Assembly (NCBI GenBank): GCA_004431415.1
Contig: QPMI01000655.1
Span: forward strand, 186,001-250,000
Origin: Cyanophora paradoxa CCMP329
Taxonomy: Eukaryota > Plantae > Glaucophyta
Direction: 5' to 3'
DNA: 64,000 bases
Below are positions 24,947 through 37,158 of this stretch, one piece after another (the first letter of the stretch is position 1; every line of letters starts with the position of its first letter). The notes beneath the pieces are model-generated. The model saw nothing but the letters and a program-made list of their open reading frames with translations. It was not told the DNA's origin and did no database searches. Both the position numbers and the translations under genes were made by a program.

Positions 24947-27900
24947 ATGAAGGGCGGCGTGGTGCCGCTCGATCATGAGCTGGGAGTTGCGCTTGCGCTG
25001 CACGGCCTGCCGACCGTCCGGCCGCGCGCTCCCTCGAGCGCGGCGCCGAGCTCCCGAGCGCGCAGCCGCTCCGGCTCATCGGACGGGTGCGCCTCGCGAT
25101 CGCCCGACTCTACCCGCGAGGAAGAGGCGGTTACGGATCCGGAGCGGGCGGCCGCCGCCGGGGGCGCGGGATGGGGCTCGGGCGGGGGCCTCTCGCGGGG
25201 CGGGGCGGTGCCGGTGGCGGTGCTGGCGGCGGTGCAGTCGGCGGCGCTGGCGTGCGTGCTGGCGGTGCTGCTGGGCCCCGACCCGCTGCCGCCGCCGGCG
25301 CGCGGCCTCCTCGCAGCCGCCTGCGCCGCCATGCTCCTCGCCGTGGCCGCCGCTGCCGCCGCCCTCCACCTGCTCGCCGTGCGGCCGCTGCGCCGCCTCC
25401 TCGCCGCCGCCGCCCGCCCGCGGCCCCGCCCCGGGGCCCCTCCCCGCCCTCCTCGCCGCCATCGACCCCCGCCCGTCGCCGGCGCCGGCGGGGCCGGCCG
25501 GGGCGGGGCGAGCGGGGCGTGGCTGCGGGACGAGGTGGCGGAGCTGCGTGGCGCGTGGGAGGCCGCCGGCGCCGCCCTCGCCGCCTGGCGCGAGCACTTC
25601 GACGCCCTCTTCGCCTTCCAGGCCCGACCCCCCCGCCACCACCCGCCCCGCCCCGCCCCGCCCTCCCCGCCCCGCCCCGCCCCGCCCCGCCGGCCGGGCT
25701 CACGGGGCCGCGCGGCGCAGGGCGCGGCCTACCTGTGCGTCACCGAGGCCGGCGCCGTTACGCGCATGAACGACGTGCGCCGTCCGCCCGCGCTCCGCCC
25801 GGGGCCGCCCCGAGCGCCCGCCGGCCGCAGGTGGCGCGCAAGCTCTTCGGGGTGCCGGAGGCCCCGCCCCGGTGCGCCCCTCGCCCCGCCCCTCGCGCCC
25901 AGCGCCGAGCCGCGCCGCGCCGCGCCGCGCCGCAGCCGCCGGCGAACCTCTCTGCGCTGCTGCCGAAGCTCTCGCCGGCGGTTCTGATGGCGGAAGTGGG
26001 AGAGCATGCAGCCGGGCCGATCACGATCTCGAGGGCGGCGGCGGGCGCCCGCGGCGGCGGCGGCGGCGGCGGGCTGTCGAGATGGACAGCGTGTGCCGCC
26101 GCGCCGACGGGACAACTTTCCTCGCCGAGATGCGCGCCTGCCGCCTCCCGACGGACGCGGCGACCGGGGACGCGCTCGGGCCGGCGACGGGGGCGGGCGG
26201 GGGCTCGGGGGTGGCGCGGCGGGGGTCGGGATCGAGGGGGCTGCTGCTGCTGCAGCTGCGGGAGGCGGGGTGGAAGGGGGCGGACCCGCGCGTGAGCGTC
26301 TTCATGGAGCAGGCGAACGACGCCGTCATCGTCATGACCGCCAACTCCACGGCCCGCCGCGCCCCCCGCCCCCGCCCGCCCCGCCTGACCCGCCCCAGAT
26401 CACCGCCTTCAACCGGAGCGCCCAGGCCATGTTCGGCTGGACGGCCGAGGAGGCCATCGGCAGCAAGGTCGAGATGCTCATGAGCAAGCTCTACGGCTCC
26501 ATCCAGTGCGCCCCGCGGCGGGCGGGGCGGGGCCGGGGCGCTGAGGGCGGGGCGGGCAGCCACAAGGCGGTGAAGCGGTACCTGCAGACGGGCGAGGCGC
26601 GCGTCGTCGGCCGCCTGCGCGAGACGACCGCCGTCCGCCGCGACGGCTCCCCCTTCCGTCCGCCCGCCCGCCCCGCCCCGCCCCGCCCCGGCGGCGGCCG
26701 ACGGGGCGGCGGGGGCAGCGATCGAGCTCTCGGTGGCGGAGGCGCGGGTCGGGGGCGAGCGGCTCTTCGTGGGGAGCATCCGGGACGCGAGCGAGCGGCG
26801 GCGGGCGGTGCAGGAGCTGGAGGACACGAAGAGCCGGTACCAGTCGCTGCTGCTGAACATCCTGCCGGCGCCCGTGGTGAAGGAGCTGCTGGAGGAGCGG
26901 CCGGTGCTCGAGCTCGCCACGCGCTACGAGGAGGTCGCCATCGTCTTCGCCGACATCGTCGGCTTCACCGTGCGGCCCCGCCGGCCCCCGTCCCCCCGCG
27001 TCCCGCGGGGCCGCCGGGCCGGCTCGAGGGCGGGGGCGGGGCGCAGACGATCAGCGAGGGGCTGGACCCGCGCGTGCTCGTGCAGACCCTCAACGACATC
27101 TTCTCCCGCTTCGACGCCATCTGCGAGCGCCACGGCCTCGAGAAGGCGCCCCCGCCCCCCCGCCGCCCGGCCCCGGCCCCTCGCCCCGCCCTGACCGGCC
27201 CCCTGCGCCCAGATCAAGACCATCGGGGGTGAGACCATCGATATCCCGAGACCGCCGGCCGGGGCGGCGCCGCTTCGGCTCTGACGCCCCCCGGCGGCAG
27301 ACGCGTACATGGCGGTCTCGGGGCTGCCCTTCCCGATCCCGCAGCACGTGGAGGCGGCGGCCGACACGGCCCTCGAGATGATCGAGGCGCTCGAGAACGT
27401 GCCGCCCTTCACCGTCCGCCTCAAGACCCGCCGCCGCGCCCCCCGCCCCGGCCCCGGCGCCGCCGCCACGCTGCTGCCGCCGCCGCCCGAGCCGCCTGCG
27501 CGGCGGGGCAGCCTCGAACTGGAAGCGAACGCTGGCGGGGTTGTGTACGACGAGGTTCGGGGCTTCTCGCGGCGGCCCTCCGCCGTCGGGCCCCCCGGCC
27601 TGCCCCAGGCCGCCCCCTCCCAATCCCGCGCCACGTCTCCCGCCTCGAGGCCGACCCCAGACACGGCCCCGCCGACGGCCTCTGCGGCGGGGGCGGGGGC
27701 GGAGGAGTGGGAGGAGGTGGAGGAGGAGCAGCGCGTCGACCTCCAGATCCGCGTCGGCATGGTCCGCCCCGCCCGCCCGCCCCTCTGAGGCCCCTCCCCG
27801 CCCCCCGGCCCCGCGCGCGCGTGCGGGCCGACGGCGGGGGTGCACGTGCAGCACATGGGCCCGGTGGTGGCGGGGGTGATCGGGATCCGGAAGCTGGTGT

Positions 27901-30808
27901 ACGACGTCTGGTCGGACGCCGTGAACGTCGCGTCGCGGATGGAGTCGTCGGGGGCGCCGGGCCGCGTGCACGTGAGCGCCGCCGTCGAGGCGCGCCTGCG
28001 GGAGCGCTTCGAGCTCGAGCCACGCGGGAGCGTGCACGTGAAGGGCAAGGGGCCGATGGAGACCTTTTTCCTCGTCGGCCGCCGCCCGGAGGACCCGGGC
28101 GACCCCGCGACGCAGCGCGAGAACACATCGGGGCGCCTGCGGGCCGCCCTCTCGCCGCCGCTTGCTTCCCTGCCGCTCAGCAACCCGAGGGCAAGCCTGG
28201 CGTCCGAGGGGGAGGGCCCCGCCTCCGCCGAGTTCTCCCTCGGCGCCGCGGCGGCCCCTGCGCGATCGGCGCAATCGGCCTCTGTGAGGAGAGCAAAGAG
28301 CGTGCACCTGATCCGGATGCAGGAGGCGGAGATGGCGCGGCAGGAGATGGAGGACCGGGAGCCGGTCTCGGCCCTCGCCGGCGGCTTTGCCTGGGAGCGG
28401 GTCGCCGACCCCGCCTTCAACGCGCGCGACGTGGTGCACCTGGCGGCGAGCGAGGCGCGCGCGCTCGTCGGCAAGCTGCTCCGCATGCTCGGCCTCGCCT
28501 CGCTGCTCGCCGGCAAGGAGGCCGCCCTCGACGCCCTCGTCCAGGAGCTCCAGGCCGCCCCGCCCCGCGCCGGCTCCCCCGCCCGCGGCTTCCAGGGGGC
28601 CCTCCAGGCCGCCCACCAGCTCGCCCTGCTCGTGCGGGGCGTCGAGCGGCTGCGGCGGCACGTGTACCCCGCCGAGATCCTCGGCATCTTCCTCGCCCTT
28701 CTCTGCTCCAACGCCGAGGCCGCCGTGGGGGCCCTCCTGCAGGCCTCGCGGCTGCCCGAGGGGCAGGGGCCGGGGCCGGCCGCGCCGCCGCAGGCCCTCG
28801 AGCGCAGCGCCCTCGCCCGCGCCCGCGAGTGGCTCCAGCAGCACCCCCTCGACGGCAAGCCCGCCGCCGCCGGGCCCTCGCCCGTGGCGGACATGAGGAG
28901 GGCGGGTCGGTCGATCAAGAGGAGAGCGGCGGCGTCGCTCACGATCGATACCAACCCGCCGGCCGTGGAGGCCGTGCGCGGGGCCGGCGTGGAGTGCAGC
29001 CCGCAGAGCGATTCCTCCCCGCACAGCGCCCACGCCCGCTTCAGCTTCCGGGCGGCCCCGTTCCTGCAGGCGGCGGCAGCCGCCGACCGGGATGGCCTCG
29101 GGCCCCCCTCGCCGTCGAGCGTCGCCGCCGTTGGCCGCCCCGGAGCGCCCGCCCCGCACTTCTCCCCGCTGCGCGGCCCGCAGGAAGCGCCGGGAGGCGG
29201 CAGCGCCAGCGGCGGCCTGCAGCCTTCGCCGCGGTCACCACCATCGCCGAAGGGGCCGGTAGAAGACGGGTTCGGGCCAGCGTCGCCGTCGGGGAAAGGC
29301 GGGCGCGTGGCGGCGCTGCTGCTGGAGATCCTCGAGGAGATCGACTCGGTGGACGAGCGGCGCGCCCGCCCGCCCGCCCGCGCGCCGGCGGCAGCGGCGG
29401 CTGAGCGGGCGGGGGCGCAGGTGCGCGAACACGCTCTGCTCGTGCCTGGAGGCGGTGGGGGACCGGGCGGAGGCGGCCCTCGCCTGGACCCTCCTCATGG
29501 AGGAGACGGCCGCCGAGTACGAGGCGCTCCGCTCCGGCGGGCCCGACCGCTCCTGGTCCCTCTCCGAGCCGGCCCGCGCCCGCCTCTGCGCCCTCCTCTT
29601 CCGCGTCGCCAGCTTCGCCGACTGCTACAAGTTCCCCCACGTCGCCGAGCGCGCCGCCCCCGCCTTGTCCGCCCGCCCCACCCGCCCCCGCCGCGGCCGC
29701 CCCGCCTGACACCCCACCCGCAGCGCGTACCAGTACTTCCGTGCGCCGCGCCGCGCCGCGTGCCGGCGCCGCCACGCGCCGCTGCCCTGCAGCTGTCGCC
29801 GACGCGGGGTCGCGCAGCGGAACTGGCGCCGGCGGGGCCGATCGAGCCGCCGGAGCGGGAGGAGGGAATGTCGGACGGGGCGAGCTCGGTGGGCAACAAC
29901 AACGCCACCTCAGCACGTGCGTGTTTCTCATCATGACCAGCGTTCCCGCGCGGAATCTTGAATCTGAGGCGGCGCGCGCAGAGCTGCTGGAGGGCGGGTT
30001 CACGAACCTGATCATGGGCGGCCCGGCGGCGTCGCTGGGGACGCACGGGCACAGGCGCTCCTCCATCCACTTCCAGCGCGCTCGCTCGGCGTCGGATCTG
30101 AGCCAGTCGGGCCCCAGCTCCCGCCTCAGCTCCCTAGGCCTCGCTACCATCTCCAGCTCCCTCCGCAACCCGCTGGCGCCGGCGTGGCCGGCGGGGGCGG
30201 CGCAGCAGGCGGCGGCGGTGGCTCGGGCGCGGCGGGCGGCGCGCCTCGCGCCGGCGGCGCTCCGGGCGTGGCAGGCGAGCGCGGAGCACGTCATCGCGTT
30301 CATCGACGTGCGGCCCGGGAGCTGCGCGGGGGGCGGGGCCGGGACGGGGCGCTGAGTCGCTGGGGGGCAGATCGTCGTGGGGCCGGTGCTGCACGTGGCG
30401 GGGCGGCTGCTGGAGGAGCTCGCCGACGAGGAAGGCAAGCTCGAGCAGCCCCGCGAGATGTTCCGCGCCATCGCCTTCGCCGGGCCCCTGCCTCCCCCGG
30501 GCGTCTCGACCCCGGATGCGGATGCGCGTGCAGGTGGTGCCGCCGCCCCTTCTTCAAATTCGGAGCCGGAGTTGGCGACGCCGCGCTCAAGGGCGCGGGC
30601 CCGCCGCCTCCCAATCGCGAGCCGGCACCCAGCCTCCACTCAAGCTCAAGCAGCCTCGGGCGACTCGATCGCGAGCCCCGTCGCGAGGCCCGGGCCCCAA
30701 GCCTCCCGTCGACTCGCCGATCGCGAGCTCGAGCTCGAGCCGCCCAGGAACCCTTTCCAGACTCCCACTGCACTTGCAATCGGCCACTACTATGCGTTTG
30801 GAATTTAG
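24947..30808 (+). CDS. TM-PAS-PAS-adenylyl cyclase with C-terminal degenerate class I phosphodiesterase-like domain (copy A); multi-exon
   Basis: Two TM helices; PAS motifs (RRADGTTF; EQANDAVIV..FNRSAQAMFGW..EEAIG..V..LM; RRDGSPFP); cyclase FADIVGFT, KIKTIGDAYM, YDVWSDAVNVASRME, VKGKG; PDE-like AEILGIFLALLC, LERSALA, IAFIDIVVGP. Confidence 0.85.
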
Positions 30809-33800
30809 CATTTGATTCCGAAATATACGTAGGATGACGTTTGCGTAGGGTGTGTTCGGAAGCCAAATATACGTAGGTTGACGTTTCTTTCCGATATCCT
30901 ATCATGTCACAGTGTTGCCAGCGCTAGCATCCAAGCTTAAGCTTCGATTTGCAAATGACGCATGCACAGTGATTGGATCACTGATATTTATCCACAAATG
31001 TACACTCTAGATCTGCGCATGCGCCAGCGCTAGCGCTAGCCTGGCAGCTGCACTCTAAAGCTAGATATACCGATATGCATTAATTTACGTGTATACGTAT
31101 ACGAAATCGAACCATTACAGTACATGTACAGTTGCTAGCACACACTTCCGATCACGGCCGTTCACGTTCCGTTCATCATGGCATTGGGGTACTATCTTCA
31201 AAGAAAACCTACCGTCAAAAAGAAAACTATAGCTAGGCTAACGCGCAACCTAAAGCTACTAGGCTAGCAAAAACATGATCACGAAGCAGTGCAATCGCGA
31301 TCGCGAATTCAAAAATGAAATACGCTAGAGCGGGTGCAAAAAAGATGCATCCCATATAGCGCTTCGACGGCTCGCCGTCAGTCGTACTAGAGGGCTGTGT
31401 GACTGCGCGAGGGCGCAGCGATGCAGCTGGGGTGCAGATCCACAGCCGTGACCGCTAGAAGACGCTGGAGAAGGGCCTGGCTGCGGCGGGCCCCGAGGGG
31501 GGCACCCCGCCCCCGCGGCCTGCCCGAGGGGGCCCCGAGGAGCGGGGAGCCGCGAATGCGGACGGGGTGCCCCCCTCGGAAGGAGTCGGGGAAGCAACGG
31601 CGGGCGTTAGGGGCCCGGCGAAGGCGATGGCGCGGAACATCTCGCGGGGCTGCTCGAGCTTGCCCTCCTCGTCGGCGAGCTCCTCCAGCAGCCGCCCCGC
31701 CACGTGCAGCACCGGCCCCACGACGATCTGCCCCCCAGCGACTCAGCGCCCCGTCCCGGCCCCGCCCCCCGCGCAGCTCCCGGGCCGCACGTCGATGAAC
31801 GCGATGACGTGCTCCGCGCTCGCCTGCCACGCCCGGAGCGCCGCCGGCGCGAGGCGCGCCGCCCGCCGCGCCCGAGCCACCGCCGCCGCCTGCTGCGCCG
31901 CCCCCGCCGGCCACGCCGGCGCCAGCGGGTTGTGCACGTGCGGGGTGGGGCCGGCTCCGAGGGAGTGCGGGCGCGGGTTCTCGGCGAGGGTGCGTCCGCG
32001 CGGGGCGCCGGGGGCGGGCCGCTGGTGGCCGTGCAGTAGGGCAAAGGAGCCAAGGGCGGGGCCGCCCATGATCAGATTCGTGAACCCGCCCTGCAGCAGG
32101 TCTGCGGGCGCCGCCGTCAGAGAGAGCGGGAGGCGTCGCGCAAGGCAGCGCACCCGGGGACAGATCGGCGGTGCCCACCGAGCTCGCCCCGTCCGACATC
32201 CCATCCTCCCGCTCCGGCGGCTCGATCGGCCCCGCCGGCGCCAGCTCCGCTGCGCGACCCCGCGTCGGCGACAGCTGCAGGGCAGCGGCGCGTGGCGGCG
32301 CCGGCACGCGGCGCGGCGCGGCGCACGGAAGTACTGGTACGCGCTGTGGGGTGGGGCGTCAGGCGGGGCGGCCGCGGCGGGGCGGGGCGGGCGGGGCGGG
32401 CGGACAAGGCGGGGGCGGCGCGCTCGGCGACGTGGGGGAACTTGTAGCAGTCGGCGAAGCTGGCGACGCGGAAGAGGAGGGCGCAGAGGCGGGCGCGGGC
32501 CGGCTCGGAGAGGGACCAGGAGCGGTCGGGCCCGCCGGAGCGGAGCGCCTCGTACTCGCCGGCCGTCTCCTCCATGAGGAGGGTCCAGGCGAGCGCCGCC
32601 TCCGCCCGGTCCCCCACCGCCTCCAGGCACGAGCAGAGCGTGTTCGCGCACCTGCGCCCCCGCCCCCTCAGCCGCCCCTGCCGCCGGCGCGCGGGCGGGC
32701 GGGCGGGCGCGCGCGCGCCGCTCGTCCACCGAGTCGATCTCCTCGAGGATCTCCAGCAGCAGCGCCGCCACGCGCCCGCCCCGCGCGGCGCGCTGCGTCG
32801 ACTGGCCGGCGGCGGACGTCCGGCGGGAGCCGGGCGCCGAGGAGGGCCTCGGCCCCGGCCTCCACATCGCCTCGCTCGTGGGAAACGAGCCCGAGCTGTA
32901 GACGCGCCCGATCCCGGGCGTCTCCTCCTCCTCCTCCTCCTCCAGCTCGGGCACCGTCTCGGGCTGCTGGGAGCGGCAGCGGCTGCGGACGCTGGCGGTG
33001 GCGGCTGGCGGCGAGGGCGAGGCGAGCTCGCCGACGCTCGGGAGGAGGCGCCCCTCGGCGGCCACGAGGCGGAAGGAGGGCGCCCGGAAGCTGAAGCGCG
33101 GGCGCCCCGAGGGCGAGGCTGGCGGCCCCGCTCCAAAGCCCAGCGAGCCCCCCCCACTCGGAGGTCCCGCCGCCGGCTCCTGCGCCGCCGCCGCCGCCGC
33201 CGCCGCCCGCCGCATCTCTTCCACGGGCGAGGGCGCCGGCGCCGGCGCCGGGGCGGCGGCGGGCTTGCCGTCGAGGGGGTGCTGCTGGAGCCACTCGCGG
33301 GCGCGGGCGAGGGCGCTGCGCTCGAGGGCCTGCGGCGGCGCGGCCGGCCCCGGCCCCTGCCCCTCGGGCAGCCGCGAGGCCTGCAGGAGGGCCCTCACGG
33401 CGGCCTCGGCGTTGGAGCAGAGGAGGGCGAGGAAGATGCCGAGGATCTCGGCGGGGTAGACGTGCCGCCGCAGCCGCTCGACGCCCCGCACGAGCAGCGC
33501 GAGCTGGTGGGCGGCCTGGAGGGCCCCCTGGAAGCCGCGGGCGGAGGAGCCGGCGCGGGGCGGGGCGGCCTGGAGCTCCTGGACGAGGGCGTCGAGGGCG
33601 GCCTCCTTGCCGGCGAGCAGCGAGGCGAGGCCGAGCATGCGGAGGAGCTTGCCGACGAGCGCGCGCGCCTCGCTCGCCGCCAGGTGCACGACGTCGCGGG
33701 CGTTGAAGGCCGGCTCCGCCACCCGCTCCCAGGCGAAGCCGCCGGCGAGCGCCGAGACCGGCTCCCGGTCCTCCATCTCCTGCCGCGCCATCTCCGCCTC

Positions 33801-36800
33801 CTGCATCCGGATCAGGTGCACGCTCTGCGCCCGCTTGAAGCGCGGCCCGTGGCCGCTGCCGCCTGCATCAAAGTCGCCTCCAGCGCTCTCGGCGAGGCTT
33901 CCCTTGCGCGTCACAGCCGCTGTACGCGGGGACGCTGCCATGGATGGCGGCTCGCCGGGGGCCGGGCCAAGGGCGGCCCGGATGCGGCCCGCCGCCCCTA
34001 CTTCCCGGTGCGTGGCCGGCGTGCGGGCGCCCTCCGGGCGGCGGCCGACGAGGAAGAAGGTCTCCATCGGCCCCTTGCCCTTCACGTGCACGCTCCCGCG
34101 CGGCTCGAGCTCGAAGCGCTCCCGCAGGCGCGCCTCGACGGCGGCGCTCACGTGCACGCGCCCCGGCGCCCCCGACGACTCCATCCGCGACGCGACGTTC
34201 ACGGCGTCCGACCAGACGTCGTACACCAGCTTCCGGATCCCGATCACCCCCGCCACCACCGGGCCCACGTGCTGCGCCCCCGCCGTCGGCTCGCACGCGC
34301 GCGCGGGGCCGGGGGGCGGAGCCTCAGAGGGGCGGGCGGGCGGGGCGGACCATGCCGACGCGGATCTGGAGGTCGACGCGCTGCTCCTCCTCCACCTCCT
34401 CCCACTCCTCCGCCCCCGCCGCCGCCGCTTGGGCAGGGGCGGGCGACGAGGAGCGGGACCCGGCAGCGAGGTCGAAGAGAGAGGCGGGGAGGAGGACGCC
34501 CGGGGCCGGCGCCGGCGAGGCGCGCCCGTCGGAGGCCGGCCCGTGGATGGTTGTCGAGGGCCGCGGCGAGAAGCGCCCGCTGCCTTCGTGTTCTTCTTCC
34601 AGTTCGAGGCTGCCCCGCCGCGCAGGCGCCTCGGGCGGCGGCGGCAGCAGCGTGGCGGCGGCGCCGGGGCCGGGGCGGGGGGCGCGGCGGCGGGTCTTGA
34701 GGCGGACGGTGAAGGGCGGCACGTTCTCGAGCGCCTCGATCATCTCGAGGGCCGTGTCGGCCGCCGCCTCCACGTGCTGCGGGATCGGGAAGGGCAGCCC
34801 CGAGACCGCCATGTACGCGTCTGCCGCCGGGGGGTGTCAGAGCCCCAACGCGGCGCCGCCCCGGCCGGCGGTCTCGGGATATCGATGGTCTCACCCCCGA
34901 TGGTCTTGATCTGGGCGCAGGGGGCCGGTCAGGGCGGGGCGAGGGGCCGGGGCCGGGCGGCGGGGGGGCGGGGGCGCCTTCTCGAGGCCGTGGCGCTCGC
35001 AGATGGCGTCGAAGCGGGAGAAGATGTCGTTGAGGGTCTGCACGAGCACGCGCGGGTCCAGCCTCTCGCTGATCGTCTGCGCCCCGCCCCCGCGCTCCAG
35101 CCGGCCCGGCGGGCGGGGCCCCGCGGGGCGCGGGGCGGGGGCGGGCGGGGCCGCACGGTGAAGCCGACGATGTCGGCGAAGACGATGGCGACCTCCTCGT
35201 AGCGCGTGGCGAGCTCGAGCACCGGCCGCTCCTCCAGCAGCTCCTTCACCACGGGCGCCGGCAGGATGTTCAGCAGCAGCGACTGGTACCGGCTCTTCGT
35301 GTCCTCCAGCTCCTGCACCGCCCGCCGCCGCTCGCTCGCGTCCCGGATGCTCCCCACGAAGAGCCGCTCGCCCCCGACCCGCGCCTCCGCCACCGAGAGC
35401 TCGATCGCTGCCCCGCCGCCCCGTCGGCCGCCGCCGGGGCGGGGCGGGGCGGGGCGGGCGGGCGGACGGAAGGGGGAGCCGTCGCGGCGGACGGCGGTCG
35501 TCTCGCGCAGGCGGCCGACGACGCGCGCCTCGCCCGTCTGCAGGTACCGCTTCACCGCCTTGTGGCTGCCCGCCCTGCCCTCAGCGCCCCGGCCCCGCCC
35601 CGCCCGCCGCGGGGCGCACTGGATGGAGCCGTAGAGCTTGCTCATGAGCATCTCGACCTTGCTCCCGATGGCCTCCTCGGCCGTCCAGCCGAACATGGCC
35701 TGGGCGCTCCGGTTGAAGGCGGTGATCTGGGGCGGGTCAGGCGGGGCGGGCGGGGGCGGGGGGGCGGGGCGGGCCGTGGAGTTGGCGGTCATGACGATGA
35801 CGGCGTCGTTCGCCTGCTCCATGAAGACGCTCACGCGCGGGTCCGCCCCCTTCCACCCCGCCTCCCGCAGCTGCAGCAGCAGCAGCCCCCTCGATCCCGA
35901 CCCCCGCCGCGCCACCCCCGAGCCCCCGCCCGCCCCCGTCGCCGGCCCGAGCGCGTCCCCGGTCGCCGCGTCCGTCGGGAGGCGGCAGGCGCGCATCTCG
36001 GCGAGGAAAGTTGTCCCGTCGGCGCGGCGGCACACGCTGTCCATCTCGACAGCCCGCCGCCGCCGCCGCCGCCGCGGGCGCCCGCCGCCGCCCTCGAGAT
36101 CGTGATCGGGCCCGGCTGCATGCTCTCCCACTTCCGCCATCAGAACCGCCGGCGAGAGCTTCGGCAGCAGCGCAGAGAGGTTCGCCGGCGGCTGCGGCGC
36201 GGCGCGGCGCGGCGCGGCTCGGCGCTGGGCGCGAGGGGGCGGGGCGAGGGGGCGCACCGGGGCGGGGGCCTCCGGCACCCCGAAGAGCTTGCGCGCCACC
36301 TGCGGCCGGCGGGCGCTCGGGGCGGCCCCGGGCGGAGCGCGGGCGGACGGCGCACGTCGTTCATGCGCGTAACGGCGCCGGCCTCGGTGACGCACAGGTA
36401 GGCCGCGCCCTGCGCCGCGCGGCCCGTGAGCCCGGCCGGCGGGGCGGGGCGGGGCGGGGAGGGCGGGGCGGGGCGGGGCGGGGGTGGTGGCGGGGGGGTC
36501 GGGCCTGGAAGGCGAAGAGGGCGTCGAAGTGCTCGCGCCAGGCGGCGAGGGCGGCGGCGGCGGCCTCCCACGCGGCCCGCAGCTCCGCCACCTCGTCCCG
36601 CAGCCACGCCCCCGCCGACGCCGCCCCGGCCGGCCCCGCCGGCGCCAGCGAAGGGCGGCGGTCGATGGCGGCGAGGAGGGCGGGGAGGGGCCCCGCGGCG
36701 CCGGCCCCGGGGCGGGCGGCGGCTGCGAGGAGGCGGCGCAGCGGCCGCACGGAGAGCAGGTGGAGGGCGGCGGCGGCGGCGGCCACGGCAAGGAGCATGG

Positions 36801-36960
36801 CGGCGCAGGCGGCTGCGAGGAGGCCGCGCGCCGGCGGCGGCAGCGGGTCGGGACCCAGCAGCACCGCCAGCACGCACGCCAGCGCTGCCGACTGCACCGC
36901 CGCCAGCACCGCCACCGGCACCGCCGCGCCCCGCGAGAGGCCCCCGCCCGAGCCCGATCC
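25170..36960. repeat. Large inverted (tail-to-tail) duplication: ~25170-30490 versus ~31610-36960
   Basis: Long near-identical reverse-complement blocks, including introns (e.g. 27229-27300 versus ~34821-34894). Confidence 0.9.
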
Positions 36961-37158
36961 CGCGCCCCCGGCGTCGAGCTCCGCTGGGTCATCGGGCCCG
37001 GGGGCATATGATCCTGAGCGCGTGCCGGCGACGCCGCGCGAGGCGGCCCGTGAGGCGCCGGCCGCGGCGAATGGCGCCGCCGGCACGGGCGCGGGGGCCA
37101 GGCTGTGCAGCGAAGCGGGGCCTTCTGGCACCACCCCGTGCTCCCTTCCGACCTTCAT
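31455..37158 (-). CDS. TM-PAS-PAS-adenylyl cyclase with C-terminal degenerate PDE-like domain (copy B, inverted paralog); multi-exon
   Basis: Same motifs and intron positions as copy A on the opposite strand; MKVGREHGVVP start versus MKGGVVP in copy A. Confidence 0.85.
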
